A DNA stretch of 64,000 nt from Octopus vulgaris. Lineage: Eukaryota. The translations under genes and the position numbers were made by a program. Each line of letters opens with the position of its first letter. Position 1 is the first letter of the stretch. The stretch lies in NCBI GenBank assembly GCA_951406725.2, contig OX597838.1, forward strand, positions 37,758,001 through 37,822,000. Reading direction: 5' to 3'. The notes beneath the pieces were generated by a model. The model made no database searches and had not been told where the DNA came from. It saw only the letters and a program-made list of their open reading frames with translations. This document shows positions 12,305 through 28,651 of this stretch, piece by piece.

Positions 12305-12521
12305 CTAAAGAAGGTTTAATATACTGAAATCCACGTTTAATCTACTTGCTACAGAAAGTTGAACTGAAATTCGGGCAACTATACCTTTGGAACATTTAAA
12401 TTTGAGATAACTAATTTTCAATGTTCCAAAGGTATAGTTGCCCGAATTTCAGTTCAAGTTTCTGTAGCAAGTAGATTAAACGTGGATTTCAGTATATTGG
12501 CTTTAGAAAAACCTTCTTTAG
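12305..12521. repeat. Near-perfect palindrome (79-bp arms, 23-nt loop, extra 13-bp outer arms)
   Basis: 12318-12396 versus 12420-12498, one mismatch; ctaaagaaggttt 12305-12317 versus aaaccttctttag 12509-12521. Confidence 0.95.
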
Positions 12522-12620
12522 ATATTTATAAATTTTAACCGTAAAGGTTCTTTTAATATACTGCCTCAATTCCTGATGGAGTCTTTTTCTGTAGAGAAAA
12601 AGGCTACATCTCTTTTAATA

Positions 12621-12666
<46 letters not shown>

Positions 12667-12708
12667 TTATTTATATACATACATACATACAAACATACAT
12701 ACATACAT

Positions 12709-12739
<31 letters not shown>

Positions 12740-12909
12740 TATATGTACATATATACATATATGTATACGCATATACATATATATACACATATACTTACAT
12801 ATATATATATTCATACACGCACATATATTATAAATATATATACTTATTTGTATCGTACAATAAACATTTCGACACTTATAGAAGAGCAAATACTAGTTTG
12901 TTTATATTT

Positions 12910-12959
<50 letters not shown>

Positions 12960-12979
12960 TGTTATTATTATTATTATTA

Positions 12980-13053
<74 letters not shown>

Positions 13054-13168
13054 TAGCGGAAGTAATAGAGTGATTCAAGGTCCGAGCGTTTCGAGCGTTG
13101 GCACTTATTAAAACACACGAGACTCTTACGAGACTCTCGAAATTTGAGAAACTATGTTACTCTTGCTA

Positions 13169-13224
<56 letters not shown>

Positions 13225-13347
13225 TTATAATAATAATAAATACGTATACTCATATCTTGAGTTCTATTTTCCCTTTAGGCCTCAATATAATTTTATATAT
13301 ACATATATGTATATACATGAAGGGGTGTGTGTTTGTGTATCAATATA

Positions 13348-13379
<32 letters not shown>

Positions 13380-14160
13380 CAGAGAGAGAGAGACAAGGAG
13401 AGAGTGAGATAACGAGTTCGATACATAGAGAGATAGATGACAGACGAACATACATGCATGCATACATACATACATATACATACATACGTGCAGTAAGAAA
13501 GAATATTTAATGTGTGGGAGTAAAAGGAGTAAAGACCCTCGTGAAAAAAAGAAAGAAAGAAAGAAAGAATGAAAGAATGAAAGACAGAAGTAAAGAAAGA
13601 AAAAAAGAAAGAAAAAAAGAAAGAGAAAATGAAATACGGGAATAAAAAGGAAAGACGTGAAAAAGAAAGATGAAGGCTGCAAAAATGGAGAAGAACGTAA
13701 AAACGACAAAAGAAAAAAACAGGAAAGACAAAAAGAAAAAAAAAACAGAAGAAGAAGCACAAGAGACTTCTAGTGTGAGCAAGATTATCGCATGTATCGA
13801 TTTAATAGAGTATAATTCTGAGCAAGCTCCTTATGATAGTCAAGCGGAAAAAATCAGATTCTAGCGTTTTCAAAACCATCCATCGATATCATTGGCTGGG
13901 ATGGAAGAGGAGAGAAAGATAGGAAATACGGGAGACACACACGAACACAAACACACATATATATGTATATAAGTATGTATATGTGTGTATGGATGCATAT
14001 GTGTATATATATACATATATATATGTATATATGTGTGTGTGTGTATTTCCATATGAATATACTTATATGTATTTACATGCATATATATAGACATATATAT
14101 GCATACATATATATATAAATATAGACATATACATACGTATGTATATATATATATGTATAT

Positions 14161-14207
<47 letters not shown>

Positions 14208-14407
14208 TATAGATAAATATATCTATGTATATATATTTACATATATATATGTGAATATATAAACATATATATAGCTAAATATATGTATATGCATACAAAT
14301 ATATTTATATGTACATATATATAAATATACACTTATACATTTGTGTGTATATATACATATATATAAATAAATACAAGCTTATACCAATGTGTATGTATGT
14401 ATGTATG

Positions 14408-14452
<45 letters not shown>

Positions 14453-15305
14453 ATATAGACATATATATGTATACTGAAAGAAAGAGAGAAAGTAAGAAAT
14501 TGAAACAGAAAAAGGATATCTATATAATATATATATATATGTATGCATGTATGTATGTATGATAGTGTGTCTCTGTGTGTCTGTGTTTGGGGATATTTAA
14601 GTATACGCACTGCTATATACGCCATTGCAGCAAATGTAAGTATGTGTACGTGTATATGGGTGTAAAATTGATATTGGAATGTGAGTCTGCGTATGTACGA
14701 TTACAAGTGCGCGTGCGTGTAAATATACGTACGCCAGTATGTATATGTGAACGTAATTAAGCTTGTACGGATGTACGTCTGTGTGTATGTATTGATGATT
14801 GAATGTATGTATGTATGTATGTATGTATGTATGTATGTATGTATGTATGTATGCAGTAGATTGTATTTAACTGTATTACGTGTTATAAGAAGTTCGCCAA
14901 ATCGTGACTGCCATGGCGTCTCTCGAACGTCCGGTGAAATACAACAGACGCGCAGAGCGCTTATGCGTACGTACGAATGCATATGTGTACGTACGTATAT
15001 GTGTTTATATTTTGTGTAGATACGTGTGCGTGTGTGTGTGAGAGACAACGTTAGGTGCGTGCTTTTGTATGTGATAATAAATATATACACACACGCACAC
15101 ATAGGAACATATTTATACACACACACACACACACATCTATATACATACACACATACGTATATATGTATAGGGAGAGAGAGAGAGAGAGAGTGAGTGAGAG
15201 AGATGATTTTATGCAAACAGACAATCATATACATGTTTTAAGACGTATATGAAATGCATATACGCAGAGATACTCAGGTACACGTGTGTATAAAAGTGCA
15301 TTCTC

Positions 15306-15720
<415 letters not shown>

Positions 15721-15939
15721 TTCCATCTTCCTAGCTAGCCACCTTAACTTAGTGTACGTATCTACAAACACATATTCATACACACGCGTATGCATATGCA
15801 CACAGACACACACATACATACACATATATGTTTCTCCATACACATATACACATTTGTGCCTAGATAGATACAGGTGGTTGTTGGTATGTACTCAATAATG
15901 TGTACACTATCCAATATGCGTGAGATGTATACGAACATA

Positions 15940-17960
<2,021 letters not shown>

Positions 17961-18591
17961 CGTACTCAAGTACTGATGCTTACATACACGACTTTGACTA
18001 TTTCTTTACGTATTCCTATAACTACATATATGCGTACAGACTACATCCGCACATTTAGGTAAGAATATGCATATATATATATATATACATACATACACAC
18101 ACGCTTATACATACATACATGCTCACAATCTCATACCATACCACAGAAATACAGAGAAAATTAGTGAAATGTAGACCAAAATGTATTCAGACATTTTATG
18201 AAAATCCATCGCGCGCCTTCTTTCATAATTATGCAGAGATGCCTAACAGATACCTCTCAAAGTGTACAGGCGTTGTATGTATGTGTGAAAGTATTTCTGT
18301 ATAAATTTATGTTTACTTGTGTATGTGTGTGTGCGTGTGTATATTCGAGGCTATCTGTTTTATACATATTGCGATGCTAAGAGATTAATGTGAGATAACA
18401 GGTAGCAGATTTAAAAGCTCTTACAACGGATTAAAATGCATTTTAGATTACCAGAGCCTCCAGAATGACTATTATAGTCTTAATACTCAGCAGGAACGAA
18501 ACCATTGGTGTGGGTGTACTTCTGTCTCGAATAGTCTAGAGTATACCTATATATCCACACATAAACACGCTCATATGCACGCACATACACA

Positions 18592-18695
<104 letters not shown>

Positions 18696-18960
18696 TATAT
18701 ATACATATATATAAATGCATATACATATATGTATATATACATACATATGTATACACTATATATATATTGTATTATATCTATTTGAATATATACAAATATA
18801 TATATGTGTGTATGTGTGTGTGTATACGTAGATAGGTAGATATATATATGTATTTATGTAGTCATGTAATATATATGTATGCTCATATTTACACCTTAAT
18901 TATTTCATACACACATGCACACGCACACATATTTGTGTGTGTGTATATATATATATATAT

Positions 18961-19015
<55 letters not shown>

Positions 19016-19413
19016 CACGCACACACATCACATCAGCATATATGTATGTATTCGTGTTCGTTTTTGCATATATAAAAATGATAATATAAAGTTGATAAAA
19101 AAATGACGAGATACAAGAAAAAGTAATATACATTCTCGTTTCTAATACTTTTTGTATTGTATAAAAAAACAACAAAATTTGATAAATAACAACAAGTAAA
19201 GAAACAAACAAATACTATTTTTCCTGCGTCATAATTTGATCGGAACGCGATAGAAGAATTTATAGTTGGTCAGAAGAATTTCAACATGATTAGACGAATG
19301 CTCCAAGCTTGGAAACACGTCTCAGAAAAACCTGGTGTATATGAAAAAACAAAAAAACAAACAAAATATTTTAAAACAAAAGCAAAAATCTTGAAATGCT
19401 TTAAGCTACAGAT

Positions 19414-19953
19414 TCTCTCTCTTTTACTCTCTTACTTTTTTCAGTCATTTGACTGCGGCCATGTCGGAGCACCGCCTTTAGTCGAGCAAATTGACCCCAG
19501 GACTTATTCTTTGTAAGCCTAGTACTTATTCTATCGTTCTCGTTTGCCGAAACTGCTAAGTTACGGGGACGTAAACACACTAGCATCGGTTGTCAAGTGA
19601 TGTTGGGGGTACAAACACAGACACACAAAGATATACACACACATACTTATATATATATATATATATATAAAAGTATGGCCAGATAACTGAAGAGATGGCG
19701 GCGTGGATTTCCACGTCAGCATCCAAAACTCGGAGTTTTATCATGGCTACCGAATAATTGTCACAAATTACATTTCCAGATATATATATTCGACGGGGTT
19801 CTTTCAGTTTCCGTCGACCAAATCCCCTCACAAGGCTTTGGTCGGTCTGAGGCTATAGTAGAAGACACTCGCTCAAGGTGCCACGCAGCGGGTCTGAACC
19901 CGGAACGATATGGTCGGTAAGCAAGCTACCTACCACACAGCCAATCCTGTGCC
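19414..19953 (-). mobile_element. SINE family A, full length, with a ~110-bp insert in its central (TA)n
   Basis: Matches other copies on both sides of 19670-19780. Confidence 0.9.
19678..19747 (+). ncRNA. Type I hammerhead relic (F7) with G12A substitution
   Basis: GCCA-GATAA-CTGAAGA-long stem II (gatg..ggcgtgga-tt-tccacgtc..catc)-c-AAAA-CTC-G-GAG-TT/TTATC-a-TGGC. Confidence 0.6.
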
Positions 19954-21176
19954 GATATCTGCAACATATAATGGCATATAGTCTCTCTGAAACTCTAACG
20001 TAGCCAAAACCAAGTTGAAGAGGGTCTCACTATCATCTTATACGGGGAGATTTTGAGAATTTAGTTTGTTAAAGCATGAAACTTAATTTAGGAAGAAAGT
20101 CCAGATATAAAGAATGAATATGAGTAAGTTGTAATAATGAAGTCAAACCAAACAGTGATATTTTGAACTTTTTTAATACATATGTTTCAGGTTAGCGAAA
20201 TATATAATAGGAAAGCATAGTGGACAGGTGTCTTTCACTATATTCTCGGGTGGACCTATACCACGTGAGTGACATTAGGTCCACGAAAATTGTGCGGAAG
20301 CCTGTCGCAAGTATTGTATCTGTAACGTTAAGGGTCAGTTTTGTGTCACAGTCTGTGTCATCAGGAGACCGCCCGAGAATTACGTTCAGTGTGCATATGT
20401 TTGTAGGGTGTTCTGCGACTTAAATGCTAATGCTGTCAGAAAAATATTTAGATATGAGGCGAAGCAACAACAATAATAACAACAGCAACGTGATGCTAGT
20501 CACATGATCCGGAAGTACAGAGAACGATGATAGACACAACATCATGGGTTATTGGTTTGTACTTTTCCTGTTCGTAAATCCACCATCTTATTTATCCTGA
20601 AGAACATTGTTACGCTTTGTGTTAACTTCGGTGCTTAGAATCTGGGACCCACAAAAATGGTGATGGAGTGGCTGGTTGTTTGATGGTTGTGATAGCGGTG
20701 GAGCTGCTGGTGGTGGTGGTGGTTTCATGTTTGGAGATGGCAGTGGCGGTGGTAAGGGTGTGATGGCAGTTGTGATAGTGGTTAAGGTGGTGATGGTAAT
20801 GTTGGGGGTATGGTTGGAGACGGTGGTGGTGGTGGTGGTGGGGATGTAAGTTACCAGTGCCACGATGGTGGTGCTGGTAGTAGTGTTATGACTGGTGATG
20901 GTGATGGTGCTGATGATAGTCGTAAAATGGTTGAGGATGGTGGTGTTGGTGATATAGATGACAATTATGACGGGGGTGGTGGTCATGGATTGGTACCGCT
21001 GCTGGTAATGGTATCGTTAGTGATGGAGGTGATGTTGATATTGTTGCAATGGTGGCGATGGTGGTAGTGATGGTGGTGGTGACGATGATAGTGGTGGTGG
21101 AGGTGGTGATGATGGTAGTGTTGGTGATGGAGATCGAGCCATATCAGTGGTGGTGGATGGTGGGGTGATGGTATAA

Positions 21177-21770
21177 GGCGGAGGGCTGGCAGAAACGTTA
21201 GCACGTCGGACAAAATGCTTAGCGGTATTTCGTCTGCCGTGAGTTCAAATTCCGCCTTATCGACTTTACCTTTCATCCTTTCGGGGTCGATAAATTAAGT
21301 ACCAGTTAAGCACTAGGGTCGATATAATCGACTTAATACCTATGTCTGTCCTTGTTTGTCCCCTCTATGTTTAGCCCCTTGTGGGTAATAAAGAAATAGG
21401 TATTTCGTCTGCCGTTACGTTGTGAGTTCAAATTCCGCCTTGTCGACTTTACCTTTCATCCTTTCGGGGTCGATAAATTAAGTACCAGTTACGCACTGGG
21501 GTCGATGTAATCGACTTAATACCTATGTCTGTCCTTGTTTGTCCCCTGTATGTTTAGCTCCTTGTGGGTAATAAAGAAATAGGTATTTCGTCTGCCGTTA
21601 CGTTGTGAGTTCAAATTCCGCCTAGGTCGACTTTACCTTTCATCCTTTTGGGGTCGATAAATGAAGTACCAGTTACGCACTGGGGTCGATGTAATCGACT
21701 TAAAACCTATGTCTGTCCTTGTGTGTCCCCTCTGTGTTTAGCCCCTTGTGGGTAATAAAGAAATAGGTAT
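21177..21770 (+). mobile_element. SINE family B with tandemly triplicated body
   Basis: Single head ggcggagggctggcagaaacgttagcac, then units starting at 21224, 21399 and 21582 (175/183/183 bp) containing gtcgactttacctttcatcctttcggggtcgataaattaagtacc. Confidence 0.9.
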
Positions 21771-21932
21771 AAATGGTAGGGTCTAATAATGGGGGGGGTC
21801 TAGGTGGTGATGCAGGTGGTGTTGGATGGGTGTTTGTGGTTGTGGTCGTAGCTGCCATGTTGGTGGCGATGATGGTGATGGTGGCGATGATGGTGGCGAT
21901 GATGGTGTAAACGATATGGATAATGGTGCTGC

Positions 21933-22305
21933 GTGAGAGGCGGTTGGATGGAACGTACGTTCGCCTCCTTATGAGAGCTCAAAATCTCTCGTGGAAGCGC
22001 CATCCAACCAAAATGCAAATATATGGGAAACTACCACCTGTGTCATCTCTTGTGAAAAGCAGGAGAGTCCAGTTTGCTGGACATTGTTGTAGAGCTGAAA
22101 AAGAGTTAATTTCTACTCTTCTCCTCTGGAAGCCATCTACTCGCAATACCAGAGGGCGCACACTCTCCTACCCAACCCTGATGTAATTTCCAGGGATACA
22201 GGCATCCAGCAACAGGACCTCCGTAATGCCATGATGGACCGTGAAGTCTGGCGTAGCATGGTAAATTCCATTGTCTCGACCACGGTCGAACAATGATGAT
22301 GATGA
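21933..22305 (+). mobile_element. RTE-clade LINE 3' fragment
   Basis: ERRLDGTY.RLLMRAQNLSWKRHPT..RRVQFAGHCCR..DREVWRSMV ending in a (TGA)n tail; near-identical copy at 38222-38618. Confidence 0.8.
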
Positions 22306-22324
22306 GCGCTAGCAGAAGTTCTGT

Positions 22325-23297
22325 GACAGTTGATGGTTCTGATGGTGGTAATGATGAGATGATTATGGTATGAATGATTAATTGTGGTAATTACGATAGT
22401 GGTTGTCGTGGTGGCGGTGGTGGTAGTGGTTGATCTAAGGGGAGGGAAGATGGCTGCGGTGGTAGTGATAATGGAAAACTATGATCGCGCTGGTGGTGGT
22501 GGTGGTGTTGGGGAGGTTATGGTAAAGGTAGCATTAATGATGGTGGTGATGGTATTGGGGTGTCGAGGTAATCGTTGTAGAGGTGGTGGTAATGGTGTGG
22601 TGGTGGAGGTGATGGTTATGGAGGTGATGGTTGTGGTGGTGATGATGGCATTGGTGGTGGTGGCGTTGCTGGTGGTTGTGGTAATGGATGATGGAGGTAC
22701 TAGTAACGATGGTGGTGGTTGCGTCATGGTGGAAGTGTTGTTGTTGTTGTTGTTCTTGGTGGTGGTCATGGAATTAGAGTTGGATGTGATGGTGGTAGTG
22801 GTGACGGTACTGCTGATATTTGTATTATCATTGGTTGTTGTTGTTGTTGCTGCGATTGTTCCTGCCGTTTTTGTTGTTGATGGTGGTGGTGGTGGTGGTG
22901 TGGTGGTGGTGATGGTGGTGGTGGTGGGGGCGATGGTGTTATTGTTGTTGGTGGTGGTGGTGGTGGTGGTGATGGTGGTAGTGGTGGTGGTGGTGGTTGC
23001 TGTCGTGTTGTTATTGTAGTTGTTGGGTGGTGGTGGTGGTGATGGTGGTGGTGGTGATGGTGTTTGCTGTCGTGTTGGTATTGTTGTTGTTGGTGGTGAT
23101 GGTGATGGTGATGGTGGTGGTGGTGGTGGTGGTGGCGATGGTGTTATTGTTGGTGGTGGTGGTGGTAGTGATGGTGGTGGTGGTGGTAGTGGTGGTGGTG
23201 ATGGTGGTGATGGTGGCGATGGTGGTGGAGGTGGTGGTGGTGGTGGTGGTGGTGATGGTGGTGGTGGTGGTGGTGATAGTGTTTGCTGTCGTGTTGG

Positions 23298-23331
<34 letters not shown>

Positions 23332-23390
23332 GATGGTGGTGGCGGCGTCGGTGGTGGTGTTGGTGGTGGTGGTGGTAGTGGTTTGTAGTG
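22325..23390. repeat. (GGT)n/(GTT)n degenerate trinucleotide array
   Basis: Directly visible; recurring subunit tttgctgtcgtgttggtattgttgttg. Confidence 0.9.
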
Positions 23391-23563
23391 AGTCGACGTT
23401 GCTGGTCACAGCGGTGGTTTATCAAAGAAACATTCTGATTTGGTCTTGCTTCCGCGTCTTTTTATGTCCGATGCCAATTTTGGTCTCCCGAGTATTTCTC
23501 TTTCAATCTCTGTCGTGACTTCATGAACCTCGTAGATTAGGTAGCTGTGTACTTAGTGCATGT

Positions 23564-23598
<35 letters not shown>

Positions 23599-23822
23599 CA
23601 CACACATACACACACATATACACACAACGCGCACACACTCATGGACACACATACACACATATACATGCACAGATAAACTTATATCTGAATTATATATATA
23701 TAAAGTACATACACGTACTTCTAAATAATACGTATATATGTACATGTATAGGTATATGTATATACAAATATGTACATATATGCATATATATATATATATG
23801 TATATACATGTTTATATTTATA

Positions 23823-23859
<37 letters not shown>

Positions 23860-24590
23860 GTATATATTTACACGTATAATGTATATGTATATACATGCAT
23901 ATACATATATACATATATATATATGTATATACATGTTTATATTTATATGAATATATATATATATAATGTATACACATGCGTATATGTGTGTAATTATACA
24001 CACACACACACACGCGCGGACATATACACACATACATATGTATATGTATGTATACAAACACACATAGGTGTATACATATATATATGTGAGCGTCCGTATG
24101 TACCTGCTTCTATGAGTGTGCCTATGTGAGTGTATATATGGGTCTGTGTGTCTGCGTATGTGTGTATATGTCTGTATGTCTATGTGTATGTTTATAGAAG
24201 GCACGATATTGTCCCACTTTAATCTTTATTCATTAATGATTTTTCCTAATTCCATGTTACTCTTTTACGTTCGTTAGGTTTTAACAATAACGATCTTAAA
24301 AATTACTATACGGACATACCCCGTGCGTATGTGCGTGGTGTGTGTGTGTGTGTATATATATATATTTATATGGTTGTTTTGTGTTAAGTTTTATTTCTAA
24401 GGCGCAAATTACTTACAATCATTGGAATTTTCGATAACAGCAACAGCCAATACAACAGCAACAAGAATTTTGAACGAAGTTTTAAAATGCATTCAGCAAT
24501 TATTACAAATGCAATTACAATATGCGTAAAACGATACCATACATACATACATACATACATACATACATACATACATACATACATACATGC

Positions 24591-24670
<80 letters not shown>

Positions 24671-24734
24671 ATATATTATATGCAGAAAAATACAAACTGG
24701 GACAAGAATGTAAAACATTCAGAAGACGATACAA

Positions 24735-24925
24735 AAAACACGGACGGGTCATTCGAAGCCTTCAATCTTGAGTCAAGAACCGGATCACCCTCGCAATTTC
24801 GGCTGATTAATCTTGAGATTGCTCCGATCCGGCCAGCCCCAAGGAAAAACTAAGCTACGAGCATTAGATTTCTTGGAAAAGGGATCGAATGTATACGAAA
24901 CAAGGACAGAAAAACGGACATATAC
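24735..24925. repeat. Unclassified dispersed repeat (diverged copy at 26130-26340)
   Basis: Shared blocks acgggtcattcg, agtcaag, tttcgg, cttgagat, ctaagcta.gagcattaga, cgaatgtatacg. Confidence 0.6.
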
Positions 24926-24932
24926 ATATACA

Positions 24933-25503
24933 TTGGGTTGTCCGGAAATTTCATGCCGATTTTCTAAGGAAAGAAAAAGGTCCATAAATACTTGCCATTA
25001 CATTTTCAATCAACCAAATATGAACCATTTTGTTGCACAATTCGTCTCCATCTTTCCTTTAACTTGAAAATACCCTCTTCCCAGAATTGAGGTGGTTTCA
25101 TGGCAAAGAATTTATTAAGGTATCTTTTTACGTCACCCAAGGAATTGAAATTTTTATCATTAAGACTATTCTGCGAAGACCTGAATAAGATAAGAGGAAA
25201 TCCGAAGGAACAACATCTGGTGAATATGGAGGGTGGGGTAACACATCCCAGCCGAGCTGCAGTAATTTTTGTCTGGTACCCAAAGCATCAAGTGCCGAAA
25301 ATTAACTTCCTTATTTTCCATTTTAAAGGGTTACAGAATTAACACAGTTTATAGGAACATAAACCTTCTTCCACGAAAAGATTGCTTAAACTGTGCTCTA
25401 AATGGAGGTGTAGTCAAATCTTATTTCATGGACTCAACCATGTTCTAAAATAAGTCGAAATGTAAGCTACTATAAATTGGCACGAACTTTCCGGACAACC
25501 CAA
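24933..25503 (-). mobile_element. Mariner-derived non-autonomous element (~570 bp)
   Basis: TIRs ttgggttgtccggaaa..gccgattt / aaattggcacgaactttccggacaacccaa followed by TA; internal transposase C-terminus (LGWDVLPHPPYSPD..) on the minus strand. Confidence 0.9.
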
Positions 25504-25509
25504 TATTAC

Positions 25510-25669
25510 TGTGTCTGGAGAGTCATTCTCATTTAGTGCCTTATTACTTAACACATTCACCTGTTTGAGTTCCCCTCATTAAGTTATATCTTTCTAAATG
25601 AGTGGAAATCGAACCGGTGAGTGCGTTAAATAATAGGGCACTAAATGAGAATGACTCTCCCCAGACACA
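25510..25669. repeat. ~70-bp-arm imperfect hairpin
   Basis: tgtgtctggagagtcattctcatttagtgcc.. versus ..ggcactaaatgagaatgactctccccagacaca. Confidence 0.85.
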
Positions 25670-25859
25670 ATGAAATCTGCTTCAACCCACGAATTCACAT
25701 AAAGAATCTCGCAAACCAAATACAAAAACGAAATTTATACATATAATAGTTATTGATAATAAGGAGAATGAAGAATTTGAACATTCAAAGTTTGTGCTTA
25801 TGCACAGCTGGTTTATTCATAATTTTATTATTATGAATATGTATGCATATATGTATATA

Positions 25860-25930
<71 letters not shown>

Positions 25931-26015
25931 GTATATATGTATATATGTATATATATGTATATATGTGTATATATATGTATATATATGTATATATATGTAT
26001 ATATGTATATATGTA

Positions 26016-26113
<98 letters not shown>

Positions 26114-26565
26114 AATGGAACAAAAAGGCAAAAAAAGACGGGTCATTCGTGGCCTTCTTTCTTCAGTCAAGTACCAGAAGTCATAACTGTTTCGGGCAGT
26201 TACGCTTGAGATGGTCCGATGTGGTTGACCCAAAGTCTAAGCTAAGAGCATTAGACCCCTTTGTAAGAAAGCTAGCGAATGTATACGGCAGCAAAGACAA
26301 AAAACAATGGAGAACATGGTACACAATTACGAATACTAACAACAAGGAATAACAACAGGCGTTTTTCGACTGAGAACGAATCGAATTGAGCTGGCGTGTA
26401 TGAAGTGAAAGCCGAAAGGCAGGAACATGGCAGATGGACAGAAGCCGTATTGATGTTCAACATTCAGGGCAAGAGAGAAACATCATGTCTGGCCGGACAC
26501 CGGTCTCGTGGAAGGAGTGGAGATAGGTAGGGAATATATATATATATAAATATGCGGAAGAAAAG

Positions 26566-27026
26566 AAATATGAACCATTTTGTTGCACAATGCGTCTCCA
26601 TCTTTCCTTTAATTTGAAAATACCCACTTCCCAGAACTGAGGTGGTTTCATGGCAAAGAATTCATCAAGGAATTGAAATTTTTGCCATTAAGACTATTCT
26701 GCAGAGACCTGAATAAGTGGAAATCCGAAGGAGCAATATCTGGTGAATATGGAGGGTGGGGTAGCACATCCCAGCCGAGCTGCAGCAATTTTTGTCTGGT
26801 TCCCAAAGCATCAAGTGCCGAAAATGAACTTCCTTATTTTCCATTTTAAAGGGTTACAGAATTAACACAGGTTATAGGAACATAAACCTTCTTTCACGAA
26901 AAGATAGCTTAAAATGTGCTCTAAATGGAGGTGTAGTCAAATCCTGTTTTATGAACTCAACCATGTTCTAAAATAAATCGAAAGGTAAGCTACTATAAAT
27001 CGGCACGAACTTTCCAGACAACCCAA
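26566..27026 (-). mobile_element. Mariner-derived non-autonomous element, left end truncated
   Basis: Same sequence as 24933-25503; right TIR followed by TA. Confidence 0.9.
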
Positions 27027-28377
27027 TACAAATGAGCCTGCATTTAATTTTACCTTAAACTGACGGAGTACTCAATACCTTTCATGAAGTACATTTTTAT
27101 CATATTTTTACAAATGGAGTGTTGACTGTGGCTTCGAAATTTCGGCCAGGTAACCTTCGCCAAATTGTGGTACACTTGAGTTCGTCTTGAGCTTATATAG
27201 TTTCTAGTCAGTTTGCTTTTTCTTCTTCTGAGATAAGCGGAGCTTTGTCACAGTTCGATGAAAGCAAACATACCAACAATTCAAAGTCAATTACCACTTG
27301 TCTCGTAAAAGATCATATACTGTGTGTCTGTAAATTAAGTTTAGAATTTCTACAATTTATTGTATCTATTTATAGCGTGCGACAAATGGAGCCCACGTGG
27401 AAATGTTCTGATATTTCTAATAGAACTTAATTTGTTTTCGTATGTTTCCCAGTCAAGACTCCTGAGATCAGAGCCGGCGTTAGGAAGTGCCGTACCTAAT
27501 AACAGATTTTTCACCGAGACCCTCTATTCTACAAAAGCTGAAGACTGATGTCTTATGCTTCGAGTAGTATTCAAGTCTCCAGACAAAAAGCTTTGAGGGC
27601 TTGAAGCTCCATCATTAGCCACAATCATATACTAAAAATTCACCATAGCGTCTTTCGCTCAAACGAGGGGCGCCCTCTTAGTGCGGAGCATTCTCTTTGT
27701 ACGGGTCACTTCTAGGCACAAAGCACCTCACTTGTCGCGGAGGCCAATTTGAGCAAATCTGTCTTATTGATTTAAAACGGACCCTGGCTTTCATATCGTT
27801 ATTTTTGTTATGAATTTCTTCAATTGTAATGGTGATTTACGGGCTTCCTGTATGTGTCTTTGTATGCGCGAGCACATGTACATGCAATACATCCTACCAC
27901 ATTAATGGATTTGTGAACTATTGGTATGATACTATACGCACGTATCATACCATCACCGGTTTTCGACACACAGTAGTAAAATGTGCATATTATAACACTG
28001 TAACATATTATGAAACAATGCGGCCGAAACGATCGTCGTGCTAAATGAAGCTTACATTACACTGTCTTCCCTATCAATCATTCAAAATACACATACACAC
28101 ACTCACACATATATATGTATCTATGTACGTATAGGAAGTCGAATACGATTGGTTCCTCCTTTATACCTGCGCAACACCTACCTCAGTTGGATTTACAGTT
28201 TATATTGGAATTGGTACCTATAAGTATATACATACGTATATACATGCCTGCAGTATACTACCAACAAAAGACACCTAATTGCTGTATTATCTTACTGTTC
28301 ACTCAATGCTATGGCACCCAGTCAGTACAGGCGCCCTACTTGTTGATATGCCTAGATTCTAACGAATCGTGTAACTA

Positions 28378-28555
<178 letters not shown>

Positions 28556-28651
28556 GAGTAAACACATAAATGTGAAACAAGGTGGAAAAAACAGTACTCG
28601 AATAAAAAGTGGTAGAGTAATATGCTTTATTTAAAGCAGCAGAAAATTCAA

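Noticed and set aside
13062-13170. Small inverted repeat with a gctcGAAACgctc motif on the minus strand
   Set aside because: No recognisable CUGANGA core; too decayed to call
14905-14975. Kozak-like gccATGg with a possible GT donor
   Set aside because: The site is palindromic and gives equally weak short ORFs on both strands; no downstream exon found
20300-20545. Minus-strand [12 protein letters not shown] signal-peptide-like ORF and a CTGATGA motif
   Set aside because: Stops after ~41 codons, the Leu run comes from (TTG)n, and no GAAA follows the CTGATGA
21224-21770. Regular repeats that resemble a CRISPR array (also 34491-34785)
   Set aside because: Whole-unit tandem duplications without unique spacers; eukaryotic context; no cas genes
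24790-24850. ggctg..cagcc-GAAA on the minus strand (homolog ~26185-26240)
   Set aside because: A stem II-like helix is present, but neither copy has a core or stem I
28020-28045. GAAA-CGATCG-TC, a hammerhead-like 3' half
   Set aside because: No upstream CUGANGA with a matching stem I
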